DNA of 64,000 bases, from contig OX597826.1 of the NCBI GenBank assembly GCA_951406725.2, positions 186,001-250,000 of the forward strand, given 5' to 3'. Shown in pieces: positions 26,665 to 41,879 of this stretch. Position 1 is the first letter of the stretch; each line of letters opens with the position of its first letter. A model generated the notes under the pieces. That model saw nothing but the letters and a program-made list of their open reading frames with translations. It searched no databases and had not been told where the DNA came from. The translations under genes were made by a program, and so were the position numbers. Source of the DNA: Octopus vulgaris. Its lineage: Eukaryota.

Positions 26665-29600
26665 TTACAGATTTATGCTTAAAATAGTGTCGTTTTTCAT
26701 ACTGACCATTTTTGCCACTTTTACCCACTTTTTATTAAAACATTCGTTCGATAAAGCCTTCCTCTCTATTCTCATCCTCCTTTTCAAGTGGTACTTGAAA
26801 AAGTTGACGAGAGACTGACCAGAGAGGAAGGTGTTTGTTTGCAGTCCTTTCAAACGCGTCCACCACACACATTCTTTCGCCATAGCCATCAGCGTAACGA
26901 AAACCGTTTTCCCTTCCCGTTTAAAGGAAGGTGGTGGAACAATATACACGATAGACTCGGCCGATAGGCGGGCCCGACCTACACGTGACAACAGCAGTTC
27001 GACGAAGGTCCACAGCTCTGAAATATCTGGACACTGCACGAGTGCGTGCAGAACGGTTTCGTCGCTCTGACCGCATCTCGGGCAGGTCGGTCCGTTGATG
27101 GTTTTCGAACCGTGCCTGTAGCTCTTCTCTCGAACAGGTAGTGCGTCTCGATAGCACTGCCAAGCCAGGGATTTCTGGAAGTTATCCATAGGCCCCGGCC
27201 CGAACGTCGTCCTGAACAGGCGGGTTAGGAATTTCTCGTCGACGCCCAGGTTTGCCCCGAGTGTGTCGTCGGACCTCCCCTCCACTAGTCCTCTATAGAA
27301 CGCTTTAGTCGTTTGTAAGTTGCACAAGTTGACCCCGGTCGGCAGAGCTGCTGTAGAGCTTGGCGACACTCTCGGTGCCAATCGCCCAGTTTCGGTCTCT
27401 TCTTGATCCACGTTTGCAGTTCGGTCAGTGAGACGAGCTGCGGGAAGGCGCGCCTCACAAACGGCGCCCACACCTGTTCACCGTCGTCGATGAAGTTCCA
27501 GAGATGTCGCAGTCTCAGCGCATGCCTGCGCATCATCAACCACGGCATGCCCAGTCCTCCATTCAACGGAAATTGACAGCAAATGGACTTCCTCACCATC
27601 GGAACGCCACCCTTCCACAGGAAGCGGAAGAGTATGCGTTCCAGTTTGGTGATGGTGGTGTCGGGACAAGGTACGACGGTCAGGCGGTAATCGATGACGG
27701 ATGCGATGTACGCGTTCGCCACCTCCGCCCGGCCTTTTAGAGACAGCTTTCTCTCGGCCCATGTTTGGCTGAGAGCGACCACTCTACTCGTGATCTCGTC
27801 CCAGTTCTTATCCATTTGGAGGTCCGGACTGAACCAGACCCCGAGCAATTTAACCGGTCCGTCCGTCCAACGTCCCACTACTGAGCCGCAGTCGGACGGC
27901 ATGGGCTTGCTTCTCCAGGTGCCGAGTAGCAAACCCACTGACTTTTCCGGGTTAATGTTCGCTCCCGTCACCGTTTCGTATTTTCTTAGCGTCTCGCCTA
28001 TCATCTGGATGTGTTTGTCGCTCGACACTATGACGGTGACATCGTCCGCATATGCCGACACGCTCGTCCCGCAACCCAGTTCCCGTGGGATGCCCCTCAG
28101 TGTCGCCAGCTTCCGCAGTAGCGGCTCGGGAGTCAATACATACAGAAGCGCCGACAGGGGACACCCCTGACTGACCGAACGCCAAATACCGATGGTCGAC
28201 CCTATCGAAGGCTTTAGACTGATCCAAATTGATTAGCGTCCCACCCTTGCCAGGATCCTTAACTACCCTGTCCACAATGTAGCGCATCAGATGGAGGTTG
28301 TCATGTATGGTTCTGCCCGGCACGGCGCATGTTTGTGCCCTGTCGACCAATTTACTAATGACAAGCGCCAACCTCTCGGCTATTACTTTGGCCAAAATTT
28401 TCAAATCTGCGTTGAGCAGAGTGATGGGCCTGAAATTATCTATAAAATTCCCCTTGTTTGGGTCTTTCTTCAGCAACGTCACTGCACCTCGGCTCACGAA
28501 ACCGGGGATTCTCCCGTTTTGTTGCCAGTTGCAGTAGACTGATGCCAAGAGGTCGCCAAACAAGTCTGGCATTTGACAATACAGCTCGTAGGGTAAACCA
28601 TCCAATCCAGGCGACTTATCCCTCGCGCATCCCGCCATCGCATCCCGCACGTCAGCGGCTGTGATGGGACTTTCACAACACTCCGCTTCTCTTGCCGAGA
28701 GCCGCGGCAGGTCGGTTAGGTAGGCACTGAAATCCATCCCGCGTTCCGACCCACCACTCGCACCAAACAGTCGAGCAAAGTGCTGTTGAAAGGCCTCACA
28801 CATCCTTTCGGGTTCGAGTAAACTGCATCCTTGTTGATCTATTAGAGACCGAATGGTGGCTCTGTTGCCACGCTGCGCCTCCGCTACCCGGGCCTCTCGC
28901 GCAGCTTCGATCCCTTCGTTCCTTAAGGCACGCATTTTAGCTCTGACGACGCAACCTTCGTGCTTGGCGTTGAGGTGTTGTTCGAGGGCCATCCTCGCAG
29001 CCAGCACGTTGGTTGCGCTGCCAGTGGTAAGTGCCTCTTCTAGTTTCTTAACCAGGTCTCCCTCTACTCTATTTCGATCTATCGCTAATTCCTTGCTAAA
29101 CCTAATTGATTCCGATTTTATTGCCATTTTCAGGGCGAACCACCAACGGTTGTTAACGACGGCTCCCGTCAGCGCCCTCTTAATTAACTCGCTAATCTGG
29201 TTCCTGTAAACCTGTCGCGCTAAGAGTGACGTGTTCAGTTTCCAGTAACCGGGACCCTGTCTATGTGTCTTATCTAAGTCGAGCGTACACGTCACAAATT
29301 TGTGATCTGTGTAGCTGACTATTTTAAATTGTGGACATCCTACACTATCCCTATCCGCTGTCCTGCATAGAATTCTATCTAGAAAAGATCTCGACGATCC
29401 GATGCGGTTTGTCCAAGTCCACGTTGGCACGTTCGGATGGTCGAGTCGGAACCTGTCAGACAAATGGAAACGTCTGAGTAGGTCTTTGAGGCACTTACAC
29501 CCCCTTCTATTCCTATCCATTCCCACATAATCTAGATGCGTGTCCAAGGTAGCGTTCCAACCCCCTACTAACAGTAAAGGTCTAGACGTACCCAGGAAAA

Positions 29601-29981
29601 CCTCTAGACGTCTGAAGAAATCCGCCCGACCTGTTAAGGACGGTGCATAAACTGCCATCAGACGGAATGCACACCCATTTCTGCCATCCACGTCCAAGAC
29701 AACCAGCCTACCCTCCGGGTCTAGGAATATTGTTCTTACTTTTACATTTAGACTCTTTCGAAAAAGCACCGCGGTATCTCCACCACTCATGTTCGGCAGA
29801 CAGGAAGAAAAATAAATGTCGAATTGGCGCCAAACATGGACGCGAGGACCCGCGGCTTGCTGAGTCTGGTTTCACTGATAGCTACTATATCCACGTTCAG
29901 TGACTTGATGTCGTTTAGAAGGTAACCTTGCTTCCAAGCCGACGTCAAGCCACGCGCATTCACACAACCTAATTTAAGCAT
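26665..29981 (-). pseudogene. Tx1 ORF2 (APE endonuclease, reverse transcriptase, zinc-binding domain), frameshifted, deletion near 28180
   Basis: CVNARGL...ISET, YAP, LDRI, TDH, KSPGLDG, FRPITLLN, DQSKAFDRVDH, AYADD, CPRCGQSDETVLHALVQC across ORFs 29787-29981, 27952-29790, 27285-28136, 26665-27471. Confidence 0.93.
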
Positions 29982-30361
29982 AATTGACGCTTACGAAAAT
30001 TGTGTTTCACACACTACATTGTAAGAGACAAGAGGCAAGAGGGAAGGTCACTTACTCATTTCGAAAGTTTCATTTTTTCTTCTTCTTTTGTAGTGTCTTT
30101 GATGAGGTGTTTGTATAGTTTTTTGGAGAGGTATCGTTGAAACCCAACTACCGCATTTGTAAAAATTGTTTTCAGTGTATGGTGTTGTGTTTGTGTTATG
30201 TGTACAATTCTTATGTGTTTCGGTGGTGTGGTGCGCGGATGATTGTTTGTCTTAAAGTCATCTTCACAGATGTCCGTGTTGGATGCATTGTAATCCATTA
30301 ATTTTTTATTGTCTGTGTCTATTGCAGTTAGTTGTGTGTGTGGTTTTGCGGGTTCACTGAT

Positions 30362-31715
30362 TTATTGATTGTCTAGAGGGATGATGTCCGGAGTTAAATA
30401 TCTCCCTGATTTACTTCCTTGTTTGGTGGGCTTTTTTGATCTTTTCCTTTTACCCCCTGTGGCTATTTGCCATTCCGTCGAACTTTCGTCGTCCGACGAA
30501 TCAGAAGGGGGTAAAGGCAAAGCATTTGCGTCAATATGTATGCTTGTAGAAATTGTTGATGTTTTGTGCGGTGTTTGTGTTGTTGTGGTGTTAGGGGTAG
30601 AATTTGTCTTCTCGTCACTGTTTTCTGTCTTTTTAATTGTCGTCCTCGGTGTTGGTGTTGGTCTACCTTTTGGTTCAGTATGTTGAATTGGTTGCGACGT
30701 CAACGGTGATTGTGTTGGTACTGTTTCTTTTCTTGGTGATGTTGTTGGGGTTTGTTTGCTGGTTTGTTGCTTTTCTTGGCATTGTTCCATAATTTGATGT
30801 GTTGGTGTTGGTGTTGGCAACAAGGGTTTTTTATCTGTTTTCTGATTTGTTCTTTCTTGTTTTTTCTGTGCCAGAGCGCACTTGGCAATTAAATGTTCTG
30901 GGCTGCCACAGTTGTAGCATCTAGGCTTTTTGCCTTCTGCTACAACATATAGGCTTTGCCCATTTTCTAAATGGATCCTATCAGGTAGGTTCTCGATAGA
31001 GGACCCCTCAATCTGGATTGTCACTACTAATGTCTTACCACCCCAATTGTCGTTTTTGTACACGGCGGTTTCTAATATATTTATCTTTTTCAAATGGTAA
31101 CAGATTGCCCCTGTTATCCATTTGTTAGGTATCTCGGGGGTACATTTTTAATGCTAATTCTACTCACTCTCTGGCCTTTGTAATATGGTACCATGATGAT
31201 TTCATCATTTTGCAAAGACTCCGTAGAGTGAGCTTTTGCCACTTCCTGGTTAGGGAAGCGGACCACCACTGTATTAAACTGGGGACCCCAGTTTATATAT
31301 TCTTTTTTTTTTCATTATGCTTTTTAAACACTTTTCTATGTCCGTTTTTGTAATCTGTTCATTTTGTTTTTTGTTTTTTCTTATAATTTTATATATAATT
31401 GTCTTATTTTCTATTTGTTCCTTTATGTGTTGAGGTGTATGCAGCACTAAATCCTGCCCTTGGGTTGTAAAGAGTGCTCTCGTTTCTATTAACTCTTCAT
31501 TCGTAAATTTTACTATTTCTTTTTTCTGACGCAGAGTGTCAGCGAAATTTACTGGTGTTGTTGATTCTTTTATATTAACATCTTCACTATTAGATAGTAA
31601 GATATTTATTTCATTTTTATTGTTGTTCTTCTTCTTGTTGTTGTTTTTGTTAATAGTATTCGCGTGAGTTTCATTTTTATCATTTATGTTGGTAGTGGTA
31701 GCAGTAGTAGTCTAG

Positions 31716-31747
<32 letters not shown>

Positions 31748-31882
31748 AGTGGTGGTGGTGGTGACAGGGCTGTTACCGCAAGTGGTTGCAGCGTTCACTA
31801 CCACGTCATTCAGGTTTGCACTTTGCGTGCATAAGTTCTTTTTTTCTCCAAGCGTTCCCAGACTAGAAAAATGCTGGTCCAT
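30362..31882 (-). pseudogene. Tx1 ORF1 (gag-like, CCHC zinc knuckle), disrupted
   Basis: CYNCGSPEHLIAKC, P/T-rich tail, WQIATGGKRKR; start approximate. Confidence 0.8.
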
Positions 31883-32127
31883 AAAGGAACGCGACCAGCG
31901 TTCTACAATAAAATTTCTCGACATTTTCAAAACGTCGAGAAGAAAAATACACAAATTAAATAGGGTTGAAACTGCCCCTAGGGGCGAATTCTTCCCTTGG
32001 GAAAGCACTCAAATGAAAGTTGGGTGCCTTACACACCTTATTTACAAAAATGTACATAAAATATGGGCTATAAATAGTCAAAATAAACTATTACCTTCGG
32101 AGCCGAGGTGACAACACGTCCGTCGAT

Positions 32128-32525
<398 letters not shown>

Positions 32526-33051
32526 GCGATTTGCACGCACGCGCGCACACACACATACTCAAAAAGACAGTAGCGTGTGATTTGAGGAAGATTTGGAACT
32601 GCTATTATCTCGCGTGCCAAGCCACCACGTAAAGATTTCCTTATTCCTATGTCTGATAAGTAAACCACTGTGTATGTTGATGGTGGGGGGGGAGAAGAGA
32701 CGTGTAGGACGCGTGAGCTTCGGTGAAGTTGATATGCAACGAGCAAGTTCAGCGAAAGAGAGGCGCCATTGCAGTAAGGTAGACGCGACAGAGAGAAGAG
32801 ACAATGAATGTGGCGTTTAATGATAATGATTACAACAACTGGGAAGTGAGCAATTATCTGGACAAGGTCTGCAAACAACAATGTTTTGATGTTTTGTAGG
32901 TAGTAATTTTTAGTCCACCTTTCCTTTTCTGCGGTCATCTCAGTGATGATAAGAAACAATCTCAATGAACCACTGTAAACTATGTATTTCGGCTCTGAAT
33001 TTCGTCATACATACATACATACATACATACATGCATACATACATACATACA

Positions 33052-33430
33052 TAGGCGCAGGAGTGGCTGTGTGGTAAGTAGTTTGCTTACCAACCACATG
33101 GTTCCGGGTTCAGTCCCACTGCATGGCACCTTGGGCAAGTGTCTTCTACTATAGCCACGGGCCGACCAAAGCCTTGTGAGTGGATTTGGCAGACGGAAAC
33201 TGAAAGAAGCCTGTCGTATATATGTATATGTATGTATGTGTATCTAGGTTTGTCCCTCAAACATCGCACGACAACCAATGCTGGTGTGTTTGCGTCCCCG
33301 TAACTTAGCGGTTCGGCAAAAGAGACCGATAGCTAAGCTTACAAAGAATAAGTCCTGGGGTCGATTTGCTCGACTAAAGGTGGTGCTCCAGCATGGCCGC
33401 AGTCAAATGACTGAAACAAGTAAAAGAGTA
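33052..33430 (+). mobile_element. Full-length tRNA-derived SINE (abundant family)
   Basis: taggcgcaggagtggctgtgtggtaag...gggttcagtccc B box...gactgaaacaagtaaaagag. Confidence 0.9.
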
Positions 33431-33973
33431 ATACACAATCGAAAGCCCAGGAAAAAGAGAACATTTATGGCGCATTAATTCGGAATTGACATCTTTTGTA
33501 TGCTGAGAATGAATTTTTTATTTGTACCTACAATCGTAGGTGCATCGAGTTATATACCAACAAATTTGCACAAAAGCGTTGAAATACTCGGTTTTACGGA
33601 AAAAGAGTAAAAGAAACTGACGTGCATTCTTCAAATCCAGTCTATTAGAGGCACATTGCAAAAATTCTCCATCTGAGATTCATATGCGAATAGGTGCACA
33701 GACTTGGGTGTATGCACCGACAGATCAACCAACACACCAACCCAGCTACATATAAAGAAACATCGGGAACTTTCTTAACTGGAAAAGCCTTGTCACTTTG
33801 TTAGCATCCGGCTTATATGTACGTGTATGTATGTATGTATGTATGTATGTATGTATGTATGTATGTATGTATGTATGTATGTATGTATGTATGTATGTAT
33901 GTATGTATGTATGTATGTATGTATGTATGTATGTATGTAGGTATGTATGTATGTATGTATGTATGTATGTATG

Positions 33974-34007
<34 letters not shown>

Positions 34008-34914
34008 TGTATGCATGTATGTATGTATATACGTGTATGTATGTATGTAGCATGTATGTATGTATGTATGTATGTATGTGTGTATGTATGTATGTGTGTA
34101 TATATGTATGTATGTGTGTATGTGTACCTGTGTGTGTATGTATGCATGTATGTATGTATGTATGTATGTATGTATGTGCGTATGTGTATGTGTGTGTATA
34201 TTCCATAATTTCGCGTTGGTGTCCGGCGTGTTGGAAGACCACTGGGAGTGAGACACTCGTAAGCTTTTGTTAAAGCATGTCTTTAGGAGAAGGTTAGTCT
34301 CATATAAAACTTGGTATGCAGGAAATGTCATTGAAAACCTTGGGGACATTTTCCTTGCGTTTTAGATCATAGCACTTCAATATTCCTGAACCTGCGACCC
34401 ATATTGGCCTGACTTGTTTCTGGATCATGTCAGTATGGTGGAGAGAGTCTATAAGGTGCTGTACAAGCTTTATTAGACCCACAATTTTAGGTAGTGCAAT
34501 CACCAGTGAGGCGACTATCTGATACTCGGTCGAGTACGGGGGCGCCGTGGAAAGCATGGAAACCGCGGACGCAAACCCAGGTGAAACCGATTGCTGATGC
34601 ACGGTATTGCCAGCATTTCGCATGGGCAGTGGTCAGTGATGGTCTTCCTCTGTCACGAGTAGACAGCATTCGTCATCGTCATCGTCGTCGTCGTCATCAT
34701 CATCATCATCCTCATCATCATTATTATCATCTTCATGTACGTATGTATGTACACCTTATATCTTTTATCTTTTACTTGTTTCAGTTATTGGACTGCAGCC
34801 GTGTTAGGGTACATCTTTGAAAGGTTCTTAGCTCAACAAATCGATCCCATTGCTTATCTCTACGTTTAGTACATCAGTCTTTATACTGAACCGGAAACAG
34901 ACCAGCATGGTCTG

Positions 34915-35500
34915 TTTTTTTATTGGCCACAAGGGCTCAAAACATGGAGGACAATATCGAAGGATGAGTTACATCACAAAACAAAAAAAATATAAAATAA
35001 AACATGTGGGATTTATATTGATCAAAGGGAGATACTGCCACATTAAGGGATATAACATGTGTGTAATATAAATTAGAGAAGTAATAAATATATAAATAAA
35101 TAAATAAATAGAATCCTCAATAGTGGGGCAGTCCACTCAGAGTAATTCGGGCTGACTCCACGCAAAAGTACCGGATTACTCTGCCATCCTCAAAGCATAG
35201 GAAGTGCCCTCTTCCATTTTCTTTCCTTCTGTTTAGAAAAGTATACTCAGAGTTGGTCCATTCGGTCTCACTAGTTTTGTTACAGTCGACTACCTTTTGA
35301 TAAGCACGCTAGAAGGCAGCACATCCCTCTCTACCTTCATCATAAACTGATGGTGGCTTGGCCAAATAGGAAAATGCCTGTCTTCAAACCTTTCAGACTG
35401 ATCTACCACACAGCTTCCTTTGCCAGAACCACATAGCTTCCTTTGCCAAAACCACATAGCTTCCTTTGCCAGAGCCACTAGGCAGAAAAAGATCTGCTTT
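34915..35500 (-). mobile_element. Decayed Tx1-family 3' end
   Basis: tttattggccacaagggct terminus; ALAKEAMW and KVERDVLPS resemble the ORF2 C-terminus; short triplication of about 23 bp at 35408-35477. Confidence 0.6.
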
Positions 35501-36076
35501 CCTTAATAATAATAGTAAATAATTAAATATCGTTAAATATCGAAAAATTCCAATACTAAACTCACCAATAAGAAGGTTCGCAACACAAAATAGCAAATAG
35601 CTTCTTTCTGGACCGCTACTCTGTGACAATGAACATAACTCATAACGAATTAAAAAAAACTGAAGATATGATAAGAACGTTGCAACAATTCCATTGCATT
35701 ATTGCAAGAAATTCGGTTCTGCATACACAGAAAATGACTCCCACCAATTTGTTGGGGCAGAAATGGAATTTCCCCAAAGATTTTCTAATATAAATCGAAA
35801 GAGGAATAGAGCACAATAACTGGCTGGTATATGTAGCTTCGGTTATCTCTGATTTTTCTGATTCATTCGTTAAGCCATGTTTTACTTGTCAGGCATAGAT
35901 CTGTGACAACATGGGTTGGCAATCAGTCGAATATTCTGTTTGTATTGCAAAGACGTGTCCTAACGACCACCTAAAATGCTCATCTACTGAGAATGTACTG
36001 ACAATCGCTTGTGTTTACATCGTGCTGCGAGGCTGCCTATTTTTCATAGGGATTTACATGCTCGTACTCATCAAGA

Positions 36077-36250
36077 TGGGACCAGGAAACAGAGAGAATA
36101 CAAAGGCGCCTGATCTCTAACAAACGACGCAGATGAGTGTATTCTTTACAGGAAAAGGTTGAGATGATCAAGAAAATAAGTGACGGTGGCAGCTTTGCAG
36201 CTGCGAATCGCGAGTTTGATGTCAATGAATCTACCATTCGTACCATTTAA
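36077..36250 (+). mobile_element. Tigger/pogo-like transposase N-terminal HTH fragment
   Basis: YSLQEKVEMIKKISDGGSFAAANREFDVNESTIRTI. Confidence 0.65.
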
Positions 36251-36559
36251 CAAGTGCATAAAAAAAAACTAAATCATTTATCACTGTTTTTCATTCCTTT
36301 TTAACCAAACGCGCTTGATATACGAGGGTAGATGTATTGTAGTTGTTGATAAGAAGAAAGTATGCTTTGTAATTGACATTTTATGCCCGTTTGATACCAA
36401 AATCGAGTAAAAGAGATAAGGCAAAATATTATACCGGACGTGAAATTGAAAATTTCAAATGTTAGAATAAAGAAGTTAACAAGGTCATGATATTGTCATC
36501 ATTATGTCATCGTTATGGCCTTGGGAATAGTGACGAAGAATTTGAGAGCAAATTTTGGA

Positions 36560-37092
36560 AAGCTAGATCTTAATCTAGGTGCACAGGATATGTCGGCATT
36601 ATAAAATCAAAACTGCTGATAAATGGTAGAAGCACCACCCTGAGATTGTAACTGAGGGAGAAAATGTAACTATTCTTTGGGAGGTTCCAGTACCCATAGA
36701 CCGAACCATCAAAGCTAATAAACTGGATATTGTTGTGAAAAATCAAACCAATAAAATTTGTTTATAGATAGACATGTGCATGCTTTGTGATCAAAATATT
36801 TCGGCAATAGAATTTCATAAGCTCAGAAAATATAAAGATCTGCTGATTGAAATCGAAAAACTGTGGAATCTCAAGGGGGTTACAATACCAGTGATTGCAG
36901 GAGCACTTGGAATCATAAAAAAAAGGAACTGAAAGTTATTTGAGGACGATCTCTGGCTTAGCATCCAAGCAGGAAGTGCAAAAGATTGTCTTAACCTGGA
37001 AGTCACACATATTGAGAAGAACCTTGTCATTGTGAACTTTCTTTCTTCTGGGAAGACACTCGGCAATAAATGGAAACAAAATTGGAAGAAGA
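36560..37092 (+). mobile_element. Decayed Dong/R4 3' fragment (restriction-like endonuclease)
   Basis: VTILWEVPVPIDRTIKANKLDIVV...KLRKYKDLLIEIEKLWNL...IPVIAGALG, followed by (TAA/TGA)n. Confidence 0.8.
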
Positions 37093-37166
37093 TGATAATA
37101 ATAATAATAATAATGATGATGATGATGATGATGATAATAATAATAATAATAATGATGATGATGATG

Positions 37167-37197
<31 letters not shown>

Positions 37198-37205
37198 TGA
37201 TGATG

Positions 37206-37242
<37 letters not shown>

Positions 37243-37295
37243 TGATGATGATGATAATAATAATAATTATAATAATAATAATGATGATGATGATG

Positions 37296-37332
<37 letters not shown>

Positions 37333-37343
37333 TGATGATGATG

Positions 37344-37432
<89 letters not shown>

Positions 37433-37472
37433 GATGATGATGATGAGGAGGAGGATGAAGATAATAATAATA

Positions 37473-37509
<37 letters not shown>

Positions 37510-37523
37510 CATTATTAATAATA

Positions 37524-37590
<67 letters not shown>

Positions 37591-37604
37591 CATTATTAAT
37601 AATA

Positions 37605-37674
<70 letters not shown>

Positions 37675-37710
37675 CATTTTTATTATTATTATTATTATCA
37701 TCATCATCAT
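37093..37710. repeat. (TAA/TGA)n switching to (TTA/TCA)n
   Basis: Direct reading; strand switch near 37470. Confidence 0.95.
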
Positions 37711-38201
37711 TACAAATGGTTCTCATGGATTCTGATATCAACTGTTTTGTCTTGGGATAAAAGATGGTCTACAGCGACTATTCTGCTCAGTACCGCACAT
37801 TCTCTTGTCTGTTGTTTGACCATAACCAGTTGAGCATGTCCCTTGGGGGCTGACGAGATGTGCGTCTCTGATCACGAGCAGAAGTAGTTGGAAAGTATCA
37901 TAGCAAAGTGTTGAGAGGAATTCTTTGGGGCGTGAATAATTCACCTTTGGAAACATGGGTGTCTCATTCAACATCCTTAATCAGGGACCTTTTGAGCAGG
38001 GTGAGCTACTCGTTCAGAAAAATTTTAACTGGGCCTCACCTCCAAGGTCATGTGTTATTTATCTCGGCATGAAATCACCAAGATGCGGATCTATGGGTGT
38101 GATTGATGTGCCTAACGTACCATGGCTAGACAATGGGTATATTGGGCTTCGTATATTTGTACCCCAGTGTCACTTTGATGTCATGCGCTGCTCTCTCACT
38201 C

Positions 38202-38256
<55 letters not shown>

Positions 38257-41200
38257 GAACACCGGGGGACGTTTAAGATGTAAGAACGATAAAACAGAGC
38301 TCCGAAATATATCTACAAACATCGAAAACAAAGACATCGTATGGAGCCAAAAATGTACTAACAAAGGATTGGACTATATCCGAGTAAGTAATACTCATTG
38401 AAATTTATTACAATTTTCGAAACGAAATGATGTATTTTAACTCGATATCATCTCCACCTCTAACACAACACATGTAAACATGCGTGAAACATTACGATCC
38501 ATCAACACCAGATCATCCCCGACCCCAAACACCATGTACAAAAAACTACGAAGAAATTAAATACCACCGATATTATTCAACCCAAGAATAACAATCGGAA
38601 TGTACGTACTTTAAACTTACAACACAAAATGTACGAAAAACTGAGCTAAATGACTTAGTATACGCAGCAGCCACTGCAGCCACAAAAGAAGCTGGATACT
38701 CACTCAAACCCATCCAAACAGGAGTACCACCACCCAAACAAACCCTCTGGATAAATAACATCCAAAACAAAACACAAAAGATTAGAAAAGATCTGTCGAT
38801 TCTTAATGAAATCAGTAGACAATCAACGCTACTGAGCAACAAGAAGAAAACAAAAATACTCCGCAAATATAACATCACAGAAAAAGATTTACCTGATATA
38901 AAAGAAAAGCTGAAGCAAGATATCCTTGCCAAAGTACAAAGGATCCGCCGGTACGAGAAACGCCAGCGCTTCTTTGAACAAAACAAAAAGTTCAACTCCA
39001 ACCCCAAAAAGTTCTACCAAGAACTTGGCAAAAATAAAATAGAAATCACTGCAGCACCAACGGCAGAAGAAGTGGAAGAATTCTGGAGAGAAATATGGTC
39101 GGCGAACGAACAACCAAAAAAAGGAGTGTTAAAACAACAAACTCAGCATCTGAGCAACTTTGGACCCCCATAACAACTGAAGAGGTCACCCAGGCACTGC
39201 AAAGACTAAGCAACTGGAAGACACCTGGGCATGACAAGATCCCCAACTTCTGGTTGAAATATCTAACAGGAATGCACAAAAAGCTGGCTGAAAACTTTAA
39301 CAACATACTAGCAGAGCTAGAGACAATGCCTGAATGGCTCACGAAGGGGAAAACCATCTTAATTCCCAAATCAAATGGGACAGCAAAAACAGAAAACTAC
39401 CGACCAATAACCTGTCTCCCTACAATGTACAAGATATTTACTGCAGTGATATCGCAAAGATTGAACAAGCCCCTGGACGAAATCAACCTGTTTCCAGAAG
39501 AGCAGAAAGGATGCCGCAAAGGCTCATATGGCTGTAAAGATCAACTAATGATTAATAAAGCCATAACTGAAGACAGCCACAGAAAGAAGAAAGGCCTCAG
39601 TATGGCCTGGATCGACTACAAAAAGGCGTTTGATAGCATCCCCCAGACATGGATCCTCGAAACACTAGCCATTAACAAAGTAGCACCAACAATTATAAAA
39701 TTCATTGGACACTCTATGAATAAATGGCAAACAGTGCTACAGCTCCAAACAAAAGAGGGACTCATGAAAACCAAAGTCATCCCCATTAGGAGAGGAATAT
39801 TCCAGGGAGACACGCTCTCTCCACTCCTTTTCTGCTTGGCACTGTCACCTCTATCTGATATGCCAAATAGAACTGGATGCAGATATAAATGTTACGGCAA
39901 AACGATCAGCCACCTTTTATATATGGATGACCTAAAACTATACGCTGCAAATGACAAACAGCTGGAAACACTATTAAAGACAGTTCATGGATTTACCAAA
40001 GAAATAGATATGAAATTTGGATTAGAAAAATGCGCCAAAGTAACCCTGAAAAGAGGAAAACTAGTTAAGAGTAGCAACATCACACTCGATAAACCAATGA
40101 AATAAAAGAATTAGACCAATGCCAAACTTACAAATACTTAGGAATCCATGAACTAGATAAGACACAACATATACAAATGAAAGAGAAAATAAAAAAGAAT
40201 ATTATAGACGAGTTACATCAATACTAAAAACAGAGCTCAATGCTAAAAACAAGATAATAGGTATTAACACTTTAGCTGTCCCAGTTATAAATTACAGCTA
40301 CAATATCCTTAACTGGACACTAAATGAACTGACCAAAATAGATAGGAAAACAAGAAAAATAATGACAGGATCTAGGATGCATCACCCAAAATCTGACATA
40401 GAAAGACTATATATACAACGTATAGAAGGCGGTAGAGGTCTTATACAGCTGGAAAACTACTATAAAATAACCACCATAGGACTGCAAAAATATCTACTTC
40501 AGAAGGAAGGAAAACTGATACAAATAGTGGCAAAACACGAGCAAAACAAAAAACTGTTCTCAGTATTTAAGGACGCTGACACATACAAACAAGAAATCAT
40601 ACTATCTAATAAATATGAAGAAGAAGAAGAAGATGAAGAAACAACAAAAGCTATTAAACAAATGAAATCCAAACTAAAAATAGAACAGCAACGAACCATG
40701 ATAAAACGATGGCAAGAAAAGCCCCATCACGGTAAATGCTGGACTAAATTAAACGCAAAAGTAATGGACAAAGAAAAATCCCAGCAATGGTTGAGAAGCT
40801 CAGGACTCAAAGCAGAAACAGAGGGATTTTTAATTGCAGCACAAGATCAAAGCCTCCCCACCAGAAATTACCAAAGACATGTAATGAAAAGAAATATAAC
40901 AAGTAACTGCAGAATATGTGGAGATGGACAAGAAACAATAAATCATATTATCTCTAGCTGCCCAGTCCGGCACACACCAGAAAAGGTCACAGAAAACGAG
41001 AAAGCAACCATACTCTGGGATATGCCGATACACACAGATAGAGAAATAAAGGCCAATAGACCAGATATAGTTGTCAGAGATCATGAAGAAAAAAAATGCT
41101 TTCTAATTGATATATCAATACCGGCAGATGACAACGTGTCTCTAAAAGAAATGGAGAAACTTTCAAAATACAAAGACCTAAAAATAGAGGTAACCAGAAT

Positions 41201-41474
41201 ATGGAATCTAAAAACAAACAATTCCTATCATAGTAGGTGCATTAGGCATGATAAAAAAATATTCAGACAAATACATAACAAAAACACCAGGACTTACAAA
41301 CACATGTAACATACAGAAAATTGCACTACTAGGCACTGCACACATCCTACGCAGAACACTTTCCATACAATAACCATCAGAGCATCACAACAAATCACAG
41401 CACATACCCAAGGCACACAGAGCTGCGCTCGGTAGTGAAGTGAAAGCATGCTATAAAAATAAAACTACTGAATG
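38257..41474 (+). mobile_element. Dong/R4-clade non-LTR retrotransposon (5'-truncated, frameshifted) in (TAA)n
   Basis: KTPGHDKI, YRPITCL, WIDYKKAFDS, GIFQGDTLSPLLF, HLLYMDDLKLY, CRICGDGQETINHIISSC, RPDIV...IDISIP; (TAA)n on both flanks. Confidence 0.93.
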
Positions 41475-41546
<72 letters not shown>

Positions 41547-41879
41547 TATGAATATAAAGTAAATATCGAAAAAAATTCTAATACTAAACTCACCAATAAG
41601 AAGGGTCACAAACAAAACGGCAAATAGCTTCATTCTGGACTGCTATTCAACAAAAAAAGTGGGGGGCGATGAGAGAAAAGTAAATAGATTGATCAAAGAT
41701 ATATTAATGAATAAACAGAAATAGCTTTGAGTTCATAATTGTCATGTGATCTATGCAAGTGCTAACCATGATCAATTATCTAAAGCTAAATCTTCTTATG
41801 TGAGATTACAGTTGCATAATTCGAAGTATTTATGTTTACCAAGTTTTAAATTTGCTCATCGCTATCTGAATCACAGCTA

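Larger units (their letters stand above)
26377..32124 (-). mobile_element. Apparently full-length Tx1/L1-clade LINE flanked on both sides by (GATA)n
   Basis: ORF1 with CCHC knuckle, ORF2 APE-RT-zf-RVT, 5' and 3' UTRs. Confidence 0.92.

Noticed and set aside
35408-35477. Short direct repeats resembling CRISPR
   Set aside because: Head-to-tail triplication without spacers inside a LINE relic in eukaryotic DNA
37846-37895. CTGACGA followed by a small hairpin
   Set aside because: No GAAA/stem III/stem I in register
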